Assembly (NCBI GenBank): GCA_020354065.1
Contig: CP070640.1
Coordinates: 720,043 to 757,321, forward strand
Reading direction: 5' to 3'
DNA: 37,279 bases
Source of the DNA: Candidatus Bathyarchaeota archaeon
Lineage (GTDB): Archaea > Thermoproteota > Bathyarchaeia > TCS64
Position numbers and translations under genes: made by a program. Numbering within the stretch: position 1 is the first letter of the stretch; each line of letters begins with the position of its first letter. Shown piece after piece: positions 28,885 through 37,200 of this stretch. The notes beneath the pieces are model-generated. The model saw nothing but the letters and a program-made list of their open reading frames with translations. It did not search any database and was not told the origin of the DNA.

Positions 28885-28996
28885 GCCCCCTAGCTACAAA
28901 GAGATAAGGGGCTTGAACGGTTCTCCTTCTTTTGATGACATCCAGCAGGGCCAAGAGGGTCGGAAACACACTGATCTCTCCATCCGGGGTATCAAG

Positions 28997-29683
28997 ATGG
29001 AGATAAGAAGACTCAGCACAGTCTCAGGAGCAGCCGAGGCCCGGGGCCTCGCGGTGATCATCGACGTCTTCAGGGCCTTCACCACCGCGGCCCACGTCAT
29101 AGCCAACGGGGCCAGTCGCATCGTCCCGGTGGGCACGGTTGGGGAGGCATTCGAGCTGAGGCAGCTGCACCCGGACTGGGTCCTGATGGGCGAGCGGGGG
29201 GGCATCAAGGTAGAGGGCTTCGACTACGGTAACTCTCCCTACGAGGTCAGCAGGGTCGACTTCAAGGGGCGGACTGTGGTGCAGACGACAGGGGCAGGGA
29301 CCCAGGGGGTGGTCAACGCCCTCGGAGCCGACGAGCTCCTCCTCGGCAGCTTCGTTATGGCAGGGGCCATCGTGGAGCACATCAGGAAGGACCAGCCCGG
29401 GATCGTCTCCCTGGTCGCCATGGGGAACTTCGGCGTCGAGCCCAACGAAGAGGACGAGAGCTGCGCCGAGTACATAGAGGACTGCCTCAGGGGTAGCTCC
29501 CCGGACTTCGAGGCGATGAGGAGGAGGATCAGGGTGGCTCCCTCTGGGGCCAAGTTCTTCGACCCCTCCAAGCCCCAGTTCAGGGAGGAGGACTTCCACC
29601 TAGCCCTGGAGCTCGACCGGTTCGACTTCTTCCTCCGGGTCGTGAAAGGGGATCCGCTCACAGTGGTGAGGGTACACCCATAG
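28997..29683 (+). CDS. comB: 2-phosphosulfolactate phosphatase family
   Basis: VIIDVFRAFTT, GERGG, FDYGNSP, TTGAGT and EEDESCA motifs. Confidence 0.88.
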   Translation: MEIRRLSTVSGAAEARGLAVIIDVFRAFTTAAHVIANGASRIVPVGTVGEAFELRQLHPDWVLMGERGGIKVEGFDYGNSPYEVSRVDFKGRTVVQTTGAGTQGVVNALGADELLLGSFVMAGAIVEHIRKDQPGIVSLVAMGNFGVEPNEEDESCAEYIEDCLRGSSPDFEAMRRRIRVAPSGAKFFDPSKPQFREEDFHLALELDRFDFFLRVVKGDPLTVVRVHP

Positions 29684-29811
29684 ACGGGGTCATTTTTTCA
29701 TCCTTCCCCGTATCGGCGAGCAGGAGGGCTTCATCGTACCAGCCTGCTCTCCAACACGACGCCTTCGCTATGATGAGCTTGTTCCAGGCCTGGAGAGGAT
29801 TTAAGTTTCCT

Positions 29812-30948
29812 CTAGTAGCTCTTCGGTTCAGGGTCCCGTATGAGGGAGCCGGCGGCGCAGTGGATTGAGCCGCTGTTCCTGGGGCCCACCAGGCTGGGGC
29901 ACTCGACCTCCACGACCTCGACGCCGATGTTCTCGAACCACTTCGTGGCCTTGGGCGCGCCCGTGGGCACCAGAATCTTCCTGGGCTCAAGGACGACCCC
30001 GGTCTCGGGGCCCCTCTTGATGGGAGAGGCCCGCTCGTCCCGGCTACGGACGGTTCGGCAGACCTCGTCCGGGGGCACGATGAACTCCCAGCCCATCTCG
30101 ATCCTCATCCAGTCCACCAGGTAGGGATCGAGGCCCCTAGGGTCCTGAATCGAGGTATGCCTGTCGATCAGGGTGTAGTGGCTCGCCCCTAGGCGGGTTC
30201 CGTAGCCCGGGCAGAGCCTTACATCCACCTCGGGGTCCTGGATCTTGATGATCCTGGCGAACTGCTCGTGGCCGGACTCGTTCGCCCTCACCACCTCGGG
30301 AAGACTTGTGTTGATCCTAGGGTAGTGAACCGCTACGACGACATGCTTCTCGTCGAGCCAGCCGATGGGGCCCCCCTCGGCCATGCCCTTGCCTACGATC
30401 ATCCCGACGACGGGGCAGCCGATCTCCGCGAGGGTCTGGAAGGTGAGGGCCTCCTCCCCCTTTCTGATGTGGTCGTACATGCGGAGGATGATCTGGCCGT
30501 AGACCCCGGGGTGGCAGACGTCGTCGGTGTAGATGGCCTTAACCTGGTAGGGGGGTTCGTTGGGGTCGGGCTTCCTGATGACCACCTCGACTCCTTCGGA
30601 CTTGTAGGCGTCGACGAGGTTCTCGTGGTGCTCGACGAGCTCTTCAAGGTCGGGCTTGTAGGCCATCCTCCAGGCCCCCAGAGAGCTGTCGTGGGGGGGC
30701 CAGGGGGTGGGCTTGCCGACGCTTAGGAACTCCCTCCCCGGGCGGTGGAGGAGGACCACTCTAAGCTTGCCAACGTTTGTGTTGGCTTTCCACCTCCGGC
30801 CCCAGTACCTCTCCATCTCTTCCTCGAAGTCGGAGAGGACTTGGGGGTGGTGCTTCATGTACTGCTCCCGGAGGCTGAGGCCAGTTGCCTTCTTGAAAAA
30901 CTCCTCGGGGCCTCCGCTGGCGGCTTGGAACTCTCCTTCGCTTGACAT
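29812..30948 (-). CDS. Amidinotransferase / arginine deiminase / DDAH superfamily protein, divergent
   Basis: GKLRVVLLHRPGRE, EGVEV, AEGG and C-terminal GSIHCAAGSLIRD. Confidence 0.8.
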   Translation of the reverse strand: MSSEGEFQAASGGPEEFFKKATGLSLREQYMKHHPQVLSDFEEEMERYWGRRWKANTNVGKLRVVLLHRPGREFLSVGKPTPWPPHDSSLGAWRMAYKPDLEELVEHHENLVDAYKSEGVEVVIRKPDPNEPPYQVKAIYTDDVCHPGVYGQIILRMYDHIRKGEEALTFQTLAEIGCPVVGMIVGKGMAEGGPIGWLDEKHVVVAVHYPRINTSLPEVVRANESGHEQFARIIKIQDPEVDVRLCPGYGTRLGASHYTLIDRHTSIQDPRGLDPYLVDWMRIEMGWEFIVPPDEVCRTVRSRDERASPIKRGPETGVVLEPRKILVPTGAPKATKWFENIGVEVVEVECPSLVGPRNSGSIHCAAGSLIRDPEPKSY

Positions 30949-31166
30949 GAGAACAGCCGCTTACGACTTGGCGTTTAGAGATAATAAGATGGCTACCGTC
31001 TCAGGGGTTCCCACTGGGGTTCACGTCTAGATAAGGGCTTGAGCCCAACTTTGGCTCAAAGGACGCCAAGTGGACACAGCCTCTGCCATTTGTGTACGTA
31101 ACGCCGGCTTAGATCAACTTTGATCTTGACATGCCCGAGGATGAGGATGACGAGTGAGGGGAGAAC

Positions 31167-32027
31167 TCAGAAGTCGATGGAGAAGCCTACCCCTACACCG
31201 AGATAATTCTCCCCGTAGGCTTCCATGAATATACTCCTCGCCGCATCCCCGGTACAATGGGTGGGAGCCACCCTTTTTACGCCGAGATCCATCACCCCGG
31301 ACACTATTCTTGACAGTCCGGTGTCCCCTATGCTACCCAGGTGGTATCCTCCCATAACTAGGTACACCTCCTTTCCTGTTATCTCCTTCGCGCATTCGAC
31401 GATCTCAACGACCCCGGGGTGGGAACACCCAGTGAGGATCACCAGCCCGTTCCGAGTGTTGATGATGAGTGCCTGTTCCCTTATCTCCGTTCCGAGGGCT
31501 CCGGTCGTCGCCACACCTTCGTATATGATGGTGGCGTCCCTTACCTCTATGACCGTGGCTCCAGTAGACGTTGCGCTGTTCTTGATGATTGACGGGAATG
31601 AGTAAAGCATGTAGATTGTGATGTTGCCGCGGGCTTCTAGGATGGCATCCATCCCACCAGTGTGGTCCCTGTGATCGTGAGAGAGGACCAGACAGTCTAT
31701 CCCCCCTACATCGACCCCCAATGTCTCGATGTTCCTTGCCAAGATCTCTCCCTCGCTTCCCGTGTCGAAAAGGATGGTCTCGTCTCCCAGCTCCACAAGG
31801 CAGGAGAACCCCCACGCCGTCTCCAAGCGCCCGTCGTACGGATTGTTATCGTATAATATTGTCAGCCTGACGCTTCTCTCCTCAAGGTTTAGGAGGTGCT
31901 CGTCTGATTGACCCTCCGAGGTTCCCTCGTCTGAGTTATCGTCAAGCAGCTGAGGCAGGAACATGGACACAGCCGCAGCGATGAGGAGGAGCGCGATTAT
32001 CGAGAGCCTCTTACTGTCCATTGTCAC
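31167..32027 (-). CDS. MBL-fold metallo-hydrolase (COG1237-like) with N-terminal membrane anchor
   Basis: WGFSCL, LFDTG, SHDHRDHTGG, TGCSHPG, GGYHL and PTHCTG. Confidence 0.88.
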   Translation of the reverse strand: MTMDSKRLSIIALLLIAAAVSMFLPQLLDDNSDEGTSEGQSDEHLLNLEERSVRLTILYDNNPYDGRLETAWGFSCLVELGDETILFDTGSEGEILARNIETLGVDVGGIDCLVLSHDHRDHTGGMDAILEARGNITIYMLYSFPSIIKNSATSTGATVIEVRDATIIYEGVATTGALGTEIREQALIINTRNGLVILTGCSHPGVVEIVECAKEITGKEVYLVMGGYHLGSIGDTGLSRIVSGVMDLGVKRVAPTHCTGDAARSIFMEAYGENYLGVGVGFSIDF

Positions 32028-32245
32028 CGCCTTGCACGGGCTCTTGGAATGAATCTAAATTTAGTTTTCATTAACCAACAATTCTTACGGTGCATCCTTA
32101 AGTGCCTATTCGAATTATGTTTAAGAAATATCCTTTTCAAGAAGAATGCTTAGACGCCAAGATCGTTTTTTTGATGCTCAATGCAAATATTCAGAATTAG
32201 GATCAGATTTATAATGTTACCAAGAGAGTTGGCGCCGGGATCGCA

Positions 32246-33250
32246 TCAAATAGCTCTCTCGAAGTCAACCACTTTGAAAACAGGCCTGTATCCAGCCTTC
32301 TCGTATAATCTTATCGCACCCTTGTTAGACTCCGGTGTCCCAACATACGAGTACCTGCATCCATGCTTCCGGAGGGCCCCATGCACCTCCATCAACAGAG
32401 AGTAAGCAATCCCCCTCCCCCGATACTCGGGGAGGACCCCGAGGGGAGCGATCACTCCGTGGGGTGACCTGTACCTGGACTCGGGGATGAAGGCCATAAT
32501 GAGGCCCGCAGGCCTGTTCCCAACCTGGGCAACGAGACGACAATCAGGTGGAGAGGGCCCGTATCTGCTTTGCATAATGGATTCGAGGACTCTGGGTATT
32601 TCCTCAGGGTCTGATACTGTGGAGTTCCCTCCGTGGATGGCCTTGTCTTCGGGGGTTGCTGCGAAGGCTCCATAAACCAGGCGGGTGAGGTCCTCCAAGG
32701 AATAGGCATCACAGTCTAATATGTTGATTTTAATGGTGGTAGACGGGGGCGGCGTTTCTCTGCTCAGGTCAGCCAGTAGCTGGACTCCTTCGGGGCCTTT
32801 CTGCACAAACCCGCATTTCTCGTACAGACTTCTATGCCAGAGCCCTGTTTCAGGCAGGTCATATGGATACTTCAGCTTACAAGTCGCCCTCTTCAAGCCC
32901 CCCACACGGAGACGGCTTAGCCCCTCTTCGGTCAGGGCTTCGCCGACTTCATAGTCTCTCCATTTCGGGGAGACTGCTGGCTCCCATCTTCTAAGGTCTC
33001 CGACCTCGCCTCGGATCTTTATCCCCAGAACACCCATGATCTCGTGAGAGTCCTCGGGTCTGGCCGCGAGGAACACGTTCCCCGGTCTGTTGAAGTCGCT
33101 CCGTAGCTCCTCGATCTCCTCTTCACGATTGTAATCGAAAGGCCTATGCTCCTTGAACCAGTGCAGGTGTTCCATGCCTTTTATCCAGTCTTTCTCGTAG
33201 TCTCCCCAGGATTGTGCCTGCTCTACCGTTATGTCCATTTTACAATGCAA
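32246..33250 (-). CDS. Tandem-domain GNAT acetyltransferase
   Basis: VSPKWR...LYEKCGF and GVLPEYRGRGIA...NKGAIRLYEKAGY; start may be ATG 33238. Confidence 0.87.
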   Translation of the reverse strand: MHCKMDITVEQAQSWGDYEKDWIKGMEHLHWFKEHRPFDYNREEEIEELRSDFNRPGNVFLAARPEDSHEIMGVLGIKIRGEVGDLRRWEPAVSPKWRDYEVGEALTEEGLSRLRVGGLKRATCKLKYPYDLPETGLWHRSLYEKCGFVQKGPEGVQLLADLSRETPPPSTTIKINILDCDAYSLEDLTRLVYGAFAATPEDKAIHGGNSTVSDPEEIPRVLESIMQSRYGPSPPDCRLVAQVGNRPAGLIMAFIPESRYRSPHGVIAPLGVLPEYRGRGIAYSLLMEVHGALRKHGCRYSYVGTPESNKGAIRLYEKAGYRPVFKVVDFERAI

Positions 33251-33338
33251 CTATATTCCCTCTTTCATTACGAGGTTCTTAATAATCACGCGCCTGGAAA
33301 TCGCTCATAATCCAGAGGGTCTTGGATTTCGCTACAAT

Positions 33339-33373
33339 TGGCGTCGGGGGTGGGATTCGAACCTTTGCGTCCA
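33339..33373 (-). repeat. Degenerate copy of a tRNA-Ser 3' end (att-like direct repeat)
   Basis: Minus strand reads TGGACGCAAAGGTTCGAATCCCACCCCCGACGCCA; 30/35 identity to 36527-36561. Confidence 0.8.
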
Positions 33374-33399
33374 CGCTCATTCAGCTGGCATAACACGCC

Positions 33400-35034
33400 T
33401 CAGACGGCTGCTTCCATGGTTAGCTGTCGTACAGCTGACAGGCAAGCCCGATAGCCCATGTAGCAGATCACGGTTGCGATTGCTATGGAGAGGACGGCTG
33501 CCACGGGTAGACCCGAGCGGATCACGCCAATATAAGCCATCAGGATTATTGGTAATAGAGTGGCAATTGAACAGACCCCTTCAACAAGCATCCCGATTAA
33601 AGCTCCTTCTCGGCTGATGAAACGGGCCCTCGGGATCTCACTGAAGTCGGGGTAACGTGCTCCTACCGCCAGGCCCACTATCGCTACCTCCAGCAGGACG
33701 GAAAAACCCACGGCGGTCGCTGTCAACAAGACCTCCCAACCCGGCTGAACGAAAACCGCTACCAGGGACAGCAACACGAGGCCCCCGGGGATGGAGGGCA
33801 GCACCGCCGCGGCTATCTTCGCCCTCACGATCTGCCGTGATCCCAATGGAGCCGCCACCAGGGCGTCCATCATGCCCCCCTCCTGGCCGATGCCTGAGAG
33901 GGCCAGGTAGAAGGTCAGGAACAGCATTCCGAACCCTATCTGTATGATGAAAGACGTCTTCGCACCCGTGCTGGCCGCGGGGTCCCACAGGACGTTGGGC
34001 CCACTCTGGATAACTGCCATCAGGACCATCATCACGGGTATCGCGATCATGCTGACCATCTCCCTCCTGCGGACCAGGGAGCGTAGATCCTTCCTTATCA
34101 TTGCCGTCTCCGCTGTTGTGAAGCCTAGCATCCCGATGAGTCCCCTCCTTGGCGCATACGCCCTCATAGGGCCCAGCTTGACGGAGAAGGGGGTTGGGAC
34201 CCAGTACCTGACCCTGGCCGTCACAGCAGCAAAGAAGAATGTCAGGGTCAAGGCGAGGCTGAGCACCGTGTACAACACCGCCCCAGCGACGTTCCCGTAA
34301 AGGCTGTTGATGATGGCCAAGGAGGGCCAGATGATCGGCACGAACCATGCCCCGGCGATGCTGCCTGCGAACCATCCGACGATCCTCAGGAGGATACCCG
34401 TGTTAAACAATAGGGTGATCACAACGATCAAGACGATGCTCGTCAAGGTTCGGGCTATCAGGGCCGAACGGCCAGCCCTACCGGAGAGAGCCGAGGCAGC
34501 CCTGTTCAAGAGGGCTCTAGCTACCTCGAGGATGAAGGCTCCTATGAAGCAGCCTACGAGGCCGAGTACTGCGCTGAAAACCCAGAGGGTAAAAAAGCCC
34601 GTGTGCGCCGCGAGGCCCAGGGAGACCCCGAGGATGATCGAAACTATCGGGGAGATGAAGTAGAGGGAGGCGAGGGAGGACGCTAGCACGAAATCCTCGG
34701 CGCCGATGGGGAGCCAGTTGATCAGGTCGGTGGAGGCGGCGCTGGAGGACTGGCTGAACTCGAACATGAGGCTGTACATCATCGAGAGCACGGCCATGAG
34801 GGAGGGGAGGAATATCATGAACTGGGAGTACAAGAGGCCGATCTGTAGTGAGCCGATGTCGCCCACGATTCCGTAGGTTAGGATGACAGCCAGAGGGAAG
34901 CCTCCTAATGAGAGATACATGTTGAGTTTGGGCGACTTCGCGAAGCCTGTGGGTGTCGAGCCCCTGGCTCTCTGGGCCCTCACGGAGGACAGGGCAAGTA
35001 TCGATGCGAGGCGCACGGCGATCCTGGGGTTCAT
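33400..35034 (-). CDS. ABC exporter permease (12+ TM)
   Basis: LINWLPI and KDLRSLVRRRE motifs; many TM helices; follows the ABC ATPase. Confidence 0.85.
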   Translation of the reverse strand: MNPRIAVRLASILALSSVRAQRARGSTPTGFAKSPKLNMYLSLGGFPLAVILTYGIVGDIGSLQIGLLYSQFMIFLPSLMAVLSMMYSLMFEFSQSSSAASTDLINWLPIGAEDFVLASSLASLYFISPIVSIILGVSLGLAAHTGFFTLWVFSAVLGLVGCFIGAFILEVARALLNRAASALSGRAGRSALIARTLTSIVLIVVITLLFNTGILLRIVGWFAGSIAGAWFVPIIWPSLAIINSLYGNVAGAVLYTVLSLALTLTFFFAAVTARVRYWVPTPFSVKLGPMRAYAPRRGLIGMLGFTTAETAMIRKDLRSLVRRREMVSMIAIPVMMVLMAVIQSGPNVLWDPAASTGAKTSFIIQIGFGMLFLTFYLALSGIGQEGGMMDALVAAPLGSRQIVRAKIAAAVLPSIPGGLVLLSLVAVFVQPGWEVLLTATAVGFSVLLEVAIVGLAVGARYPDFSEIPRARFISREGALIGMLVEGVCSIATLLPIILMAYIGVIRSGLPVAAVLSIAIATVICYMGYRACLSAVRQLTMEAAV

Positions 35035-35046
35035 CTCTCCATCAGC

Positions 35047-35835
35047 CTAGCCCACAAGCGCTTCCACGATCTCCCTCACATCCTCCGCCTCGGTGAGCCT
35101 GAGGAAGACCTCCTCGAGGGTCGAGCCGGGCATGTTGGAGAGCTCCCGGAGCTCGTCCGGGGTGCCCTCCACGACCTTCCCCCCCTCGTGGAGGACGCAG
35201 ACCCTGTCGCAGATGGCATCCGCGATGTCGAGGATGTGGGTGCTGAATATGGTGGTGACCCCGTCCTCCGCCATCTTGTGGAGGAGGTCCTTCACTATAC
35301 GCGCCGACTTCGGGTCCAGCCCGCTGAGGGGCTCGTCGAGGACGAGGAGCTGGGGCCTGTGGAGGATGGCTCCGATGATGGCCACCTTCTGCTTCATCCC
35401 GTGGGAGTAGCCGCTGATCATTTCGTTCTCCCGGCCCTCCAGCTCGAACGCCTCGAGGAACTCGGATATCCGCTCCTTCTTTGCCGCAGGGTCCAGGCCG
35501 TAGACGTCGCCCAGGAAGTCCAAGTACTCTATCCCCGTGAGGAACTCGTACATCCTGGGGGCCTCGGGAACGTATCCCAGGAGCCTCTTGACCTCCAGGG
35601 GGTCGCTTCTAAGGTCCAGGCCGTAGACGCCGATGCTCCCCGAGTCGGGCTTCTCAAGCCCTATGACCATCTTCATGAGGGTGGTCTTGCCCGAGCCGTT
35701 GGGCCCGAGGAGCCCGTAGACGGTGCCTCCCTCGATCTCCAGGTCGATGCCCCGTACGGCCTGTACACTCCCGAAGCTCTTCGAAACCGATTTCAAGATT
35801 ACAGCGGGTTTCATATACTCCTTCAAAGCCACCAC
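35047..35835 (-). CDS. ABC transporter ATP-binding protein
   Basis: GPNGSGKTT, YSHGMKQK, LLVLDEP and STH motifs. Confidence 0.95.
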   Translation of the reverse strand: MVALKEYMKPAVILKSVSKSFGSVQAVRGIDLEIEGGTVYGLLGPNGSGKTTLMKMVIGLEKPDSGSIGVYGLDLRSDPLEVKRLLGYVPEAPRMYEFLTGIEYLDFLGDVYGLDPAAKKERISEFLEAFELEGRENEMISGYSHGMKQKVAIIGAILHRPQLLVLDEPLSGLDPKSARIVKDLLHKMAEDGVTTIFSTHILDIADAICDRVCVLHEGGKVVEGTPDELRELSNMPGSTLEEVFLRLTEAEDVREIVEALVG

Positions 35836-35838
35836 CCC

Positions 35839-36036
35839 TTAGTCTGAGTCGTAGATAAAAATATCCTCTATTTTGACCTCGAAGTACCTGGCTAACTTGA
35901 AAGCCAGCTCCAGGGAGGGGTTGTAGTTCCTCCTCTCTATCGCTATTATCGTCTGTCTCGTCACGCCTATCGCCCGTGCGAGCTCCTCCTGGGTGATGTT
36001 CTTCATGGCCCTGTACACCTTGAGCTTGGTCTCCAT
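35839..36036 (-). CDS. Xre/HTH_3 transcriptional regulator
   Basis: ITQEELARAIGVTRQTIIAIE..NYNPSLELAFKLA; start at METKLK. Confidence 0.92.
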   Translation of the reverse strand: METKLKVYRAMKNITQEELARAIGVTRQTIIAIERRNYNPSLELAFKLARYFEVKIEDIFIYDSD

Positions 36037-36041
36037 GGCAT

Positions 36042-36437
36042 CTACCCGCCGTATTTTCGAGTGTAGTACATCCAGAAGAACAGGCGGAGGATCATGAGGG
36101 CGCATACGACGAAGGCTAGGCCGTAGGCCCACTGAAGATACTCGGGATTGGACGTGTTTCCCAGGTAGAAAAAGACTGCGGAAACTACTAAAGATAAGAG
36201 TGTGAAGGTTGAGAATGTCGCTGCGGAGGCTTTCGTGCTCACTGTGGCGGATCGCTCGTCATGGAGGGGTCCTTCGACTTTTTGTCTGAAGTACACGATG
36301 GACGATACTCCGATCAAAAATGCGGCTATGATCAGGATTGTGTTGTCCTGGTGGAAGCCCAAGCCGAGCAGGAACCCCATCGCGCCCGTTGCGATCATCT
36401 GGTATTTCCAATACGTGCTGGCGTCCAAACTTGCCAC
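36042..36437 (-). CDS. DUF2178 family membrane protein
   Basis: Four TM helices with central DER...KAS motif; adjacent to the Xre gene. Confidence 0.8.
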   Translation of the reverse strand: MASLDASTYWKYQMIATGAMGFLLGLGFHQDNTILIIAAFLIGVSSIVYFRQKVEGPLHDERSATVSTKASAATFSTFTLLSLVVSAVFFYLGNTSNPEYLQWAYGLAFVVCALMILRLFFWMYYTRKYGG

Positions 36438-36440
36438 CTC

Positions 36441-36500
36441 TGTAAAGTTTGTTTAACATAAAGTAATATAAACTTTACTATATGTTTGGTTAAGTTTACT
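36441..36500. promoter_or_regulatory. Three imperfect palindromic operators at 21-bp spacing
   Basis: TGTAAAG-tttg-TTTAACA (36441), AGTAATA-taaa-CTTTACT (36462) and TGTTTGG-ttaa-GTTTACT (36483). Confidence 0.65.
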
Positions 36501-36526
36501 TATTCTACATGCTTGATCTATGGTTA

Positions 36527-36630
36527 TGGCGCCGGGAGAGGGATTCGAACCCTCGCGTCCATACGGACACTAGCTTTCCAGGCCTGAGCCCCACTCGGGT
36601 TAGCTCCCTACCAGGCTAGGAGATCCCGGC
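36527..36630 (-). tRNA. tRNA-Ser(GGA) with encoded CCA and a 17-nt intron (36584-36600) at position 29/30
   Basis: Acceptor stem GCCGGGA/TCCCGGC + GCCA; T arm GAGGG-TTCGAAT-CCCTC; long variable arm GTCC-GTAT-GGAC; spliced anticodon arm CTAGC-CTGGAAA-GCTAG. Confidence 0.95.
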
Positions 36631-36724
36631 TCAGAATATACCCGCCAAAACACCGATTTAAGGGTTCCACAATCATCCAAGACGTTTATCAGGAACCTCG
36701 CCCCTCTATCCGCGGTGAGACAAG

Positions 36725-37060
36725 ATGCACCAGAACTGGATACAGAGAAGCCAGAACACCCTGAAGCAGATCCGGCAGCTCATGGAGGGCCCCGACCAGG
36801 ACAGGCTGGAGCTCGTGCGGGTCATGCGCTTCGCCTTCGGCGCTCTCGGCCAGAGCCTGGCCGGCTGGATGCAGTGGGTCAATAGCCCTGAGATCATGTC
36901 CAACTTCACCAGGGAAGAGCTGGAAGAGATGGCGAAGACCGTCACCGGCATGGTGGAGCAGTTCATCTCTTACGACATAGACGTCACCGACAAGGGCACC
37001 AGGAAGGGCCTTGCCAAGCAGAGGGCCGACGACCAGCAAGGCGTCCGCTTCGTGATATAG
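36725..37060 (+). CDS. DUF2153 family protein
   Basis: W..., DRLELV...AF, W..WVNSPEIMS.F.REELEEM and DIDVT pattern; GGTGA SD. Confidence 0.75.
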   Translation: MHQNWIQRSQNTLKQIRQLMEGPDQDRLELVRVMRFAFGALGQSLAGWMQWVNSPEIMSNFTREELEEMAKTVTGMVEQFISYDIDVTDKGTRKGLAKQRADDQQGVRFVI

Positions 37061-37200
37061 GCGGCTTGGGCACTCTCGAATACGAGTGATCCCCCCCGAT
37101 TCTGAAAGCCCCGCGGCTACGCGTGCGGGGCAGCAGCCCCATCAAGAGCCGGCATAAAAACAATATTTTTCATCGATAGCCCATATATCAGGGATCCATC

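Larger units (their letters stand above)
33339..36561. mobile_element. Putative tRNA-anchored genomic islet with no integrase
   Basis: Four-gene cassette bracketed by tRNA-Ser and a direct repeat of its 3' end. Confidence 0.5.

Noticed and set aside
28997..29683. comB as evidence of coenzyme M synthesis or methanogenesis
   Set aside because: ComB homologues are widespread and no comA/C/D/E or mcr genes are in the window
33339..33373. Possible trans-spliced (split) tRNA 3' half
   Set aside because: The T-stem is broken (AAAGG/CCCAC), there is no anticodon-arm half or complementary leader, and no room for a promoter; an att remnant fits better
27259..36630. serS, tRNA-Ser and alaX as a serine-fidelity cluster
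   Set aside because: The genes are 8-25 kb apart with unrelated genes between them; probably coincidental
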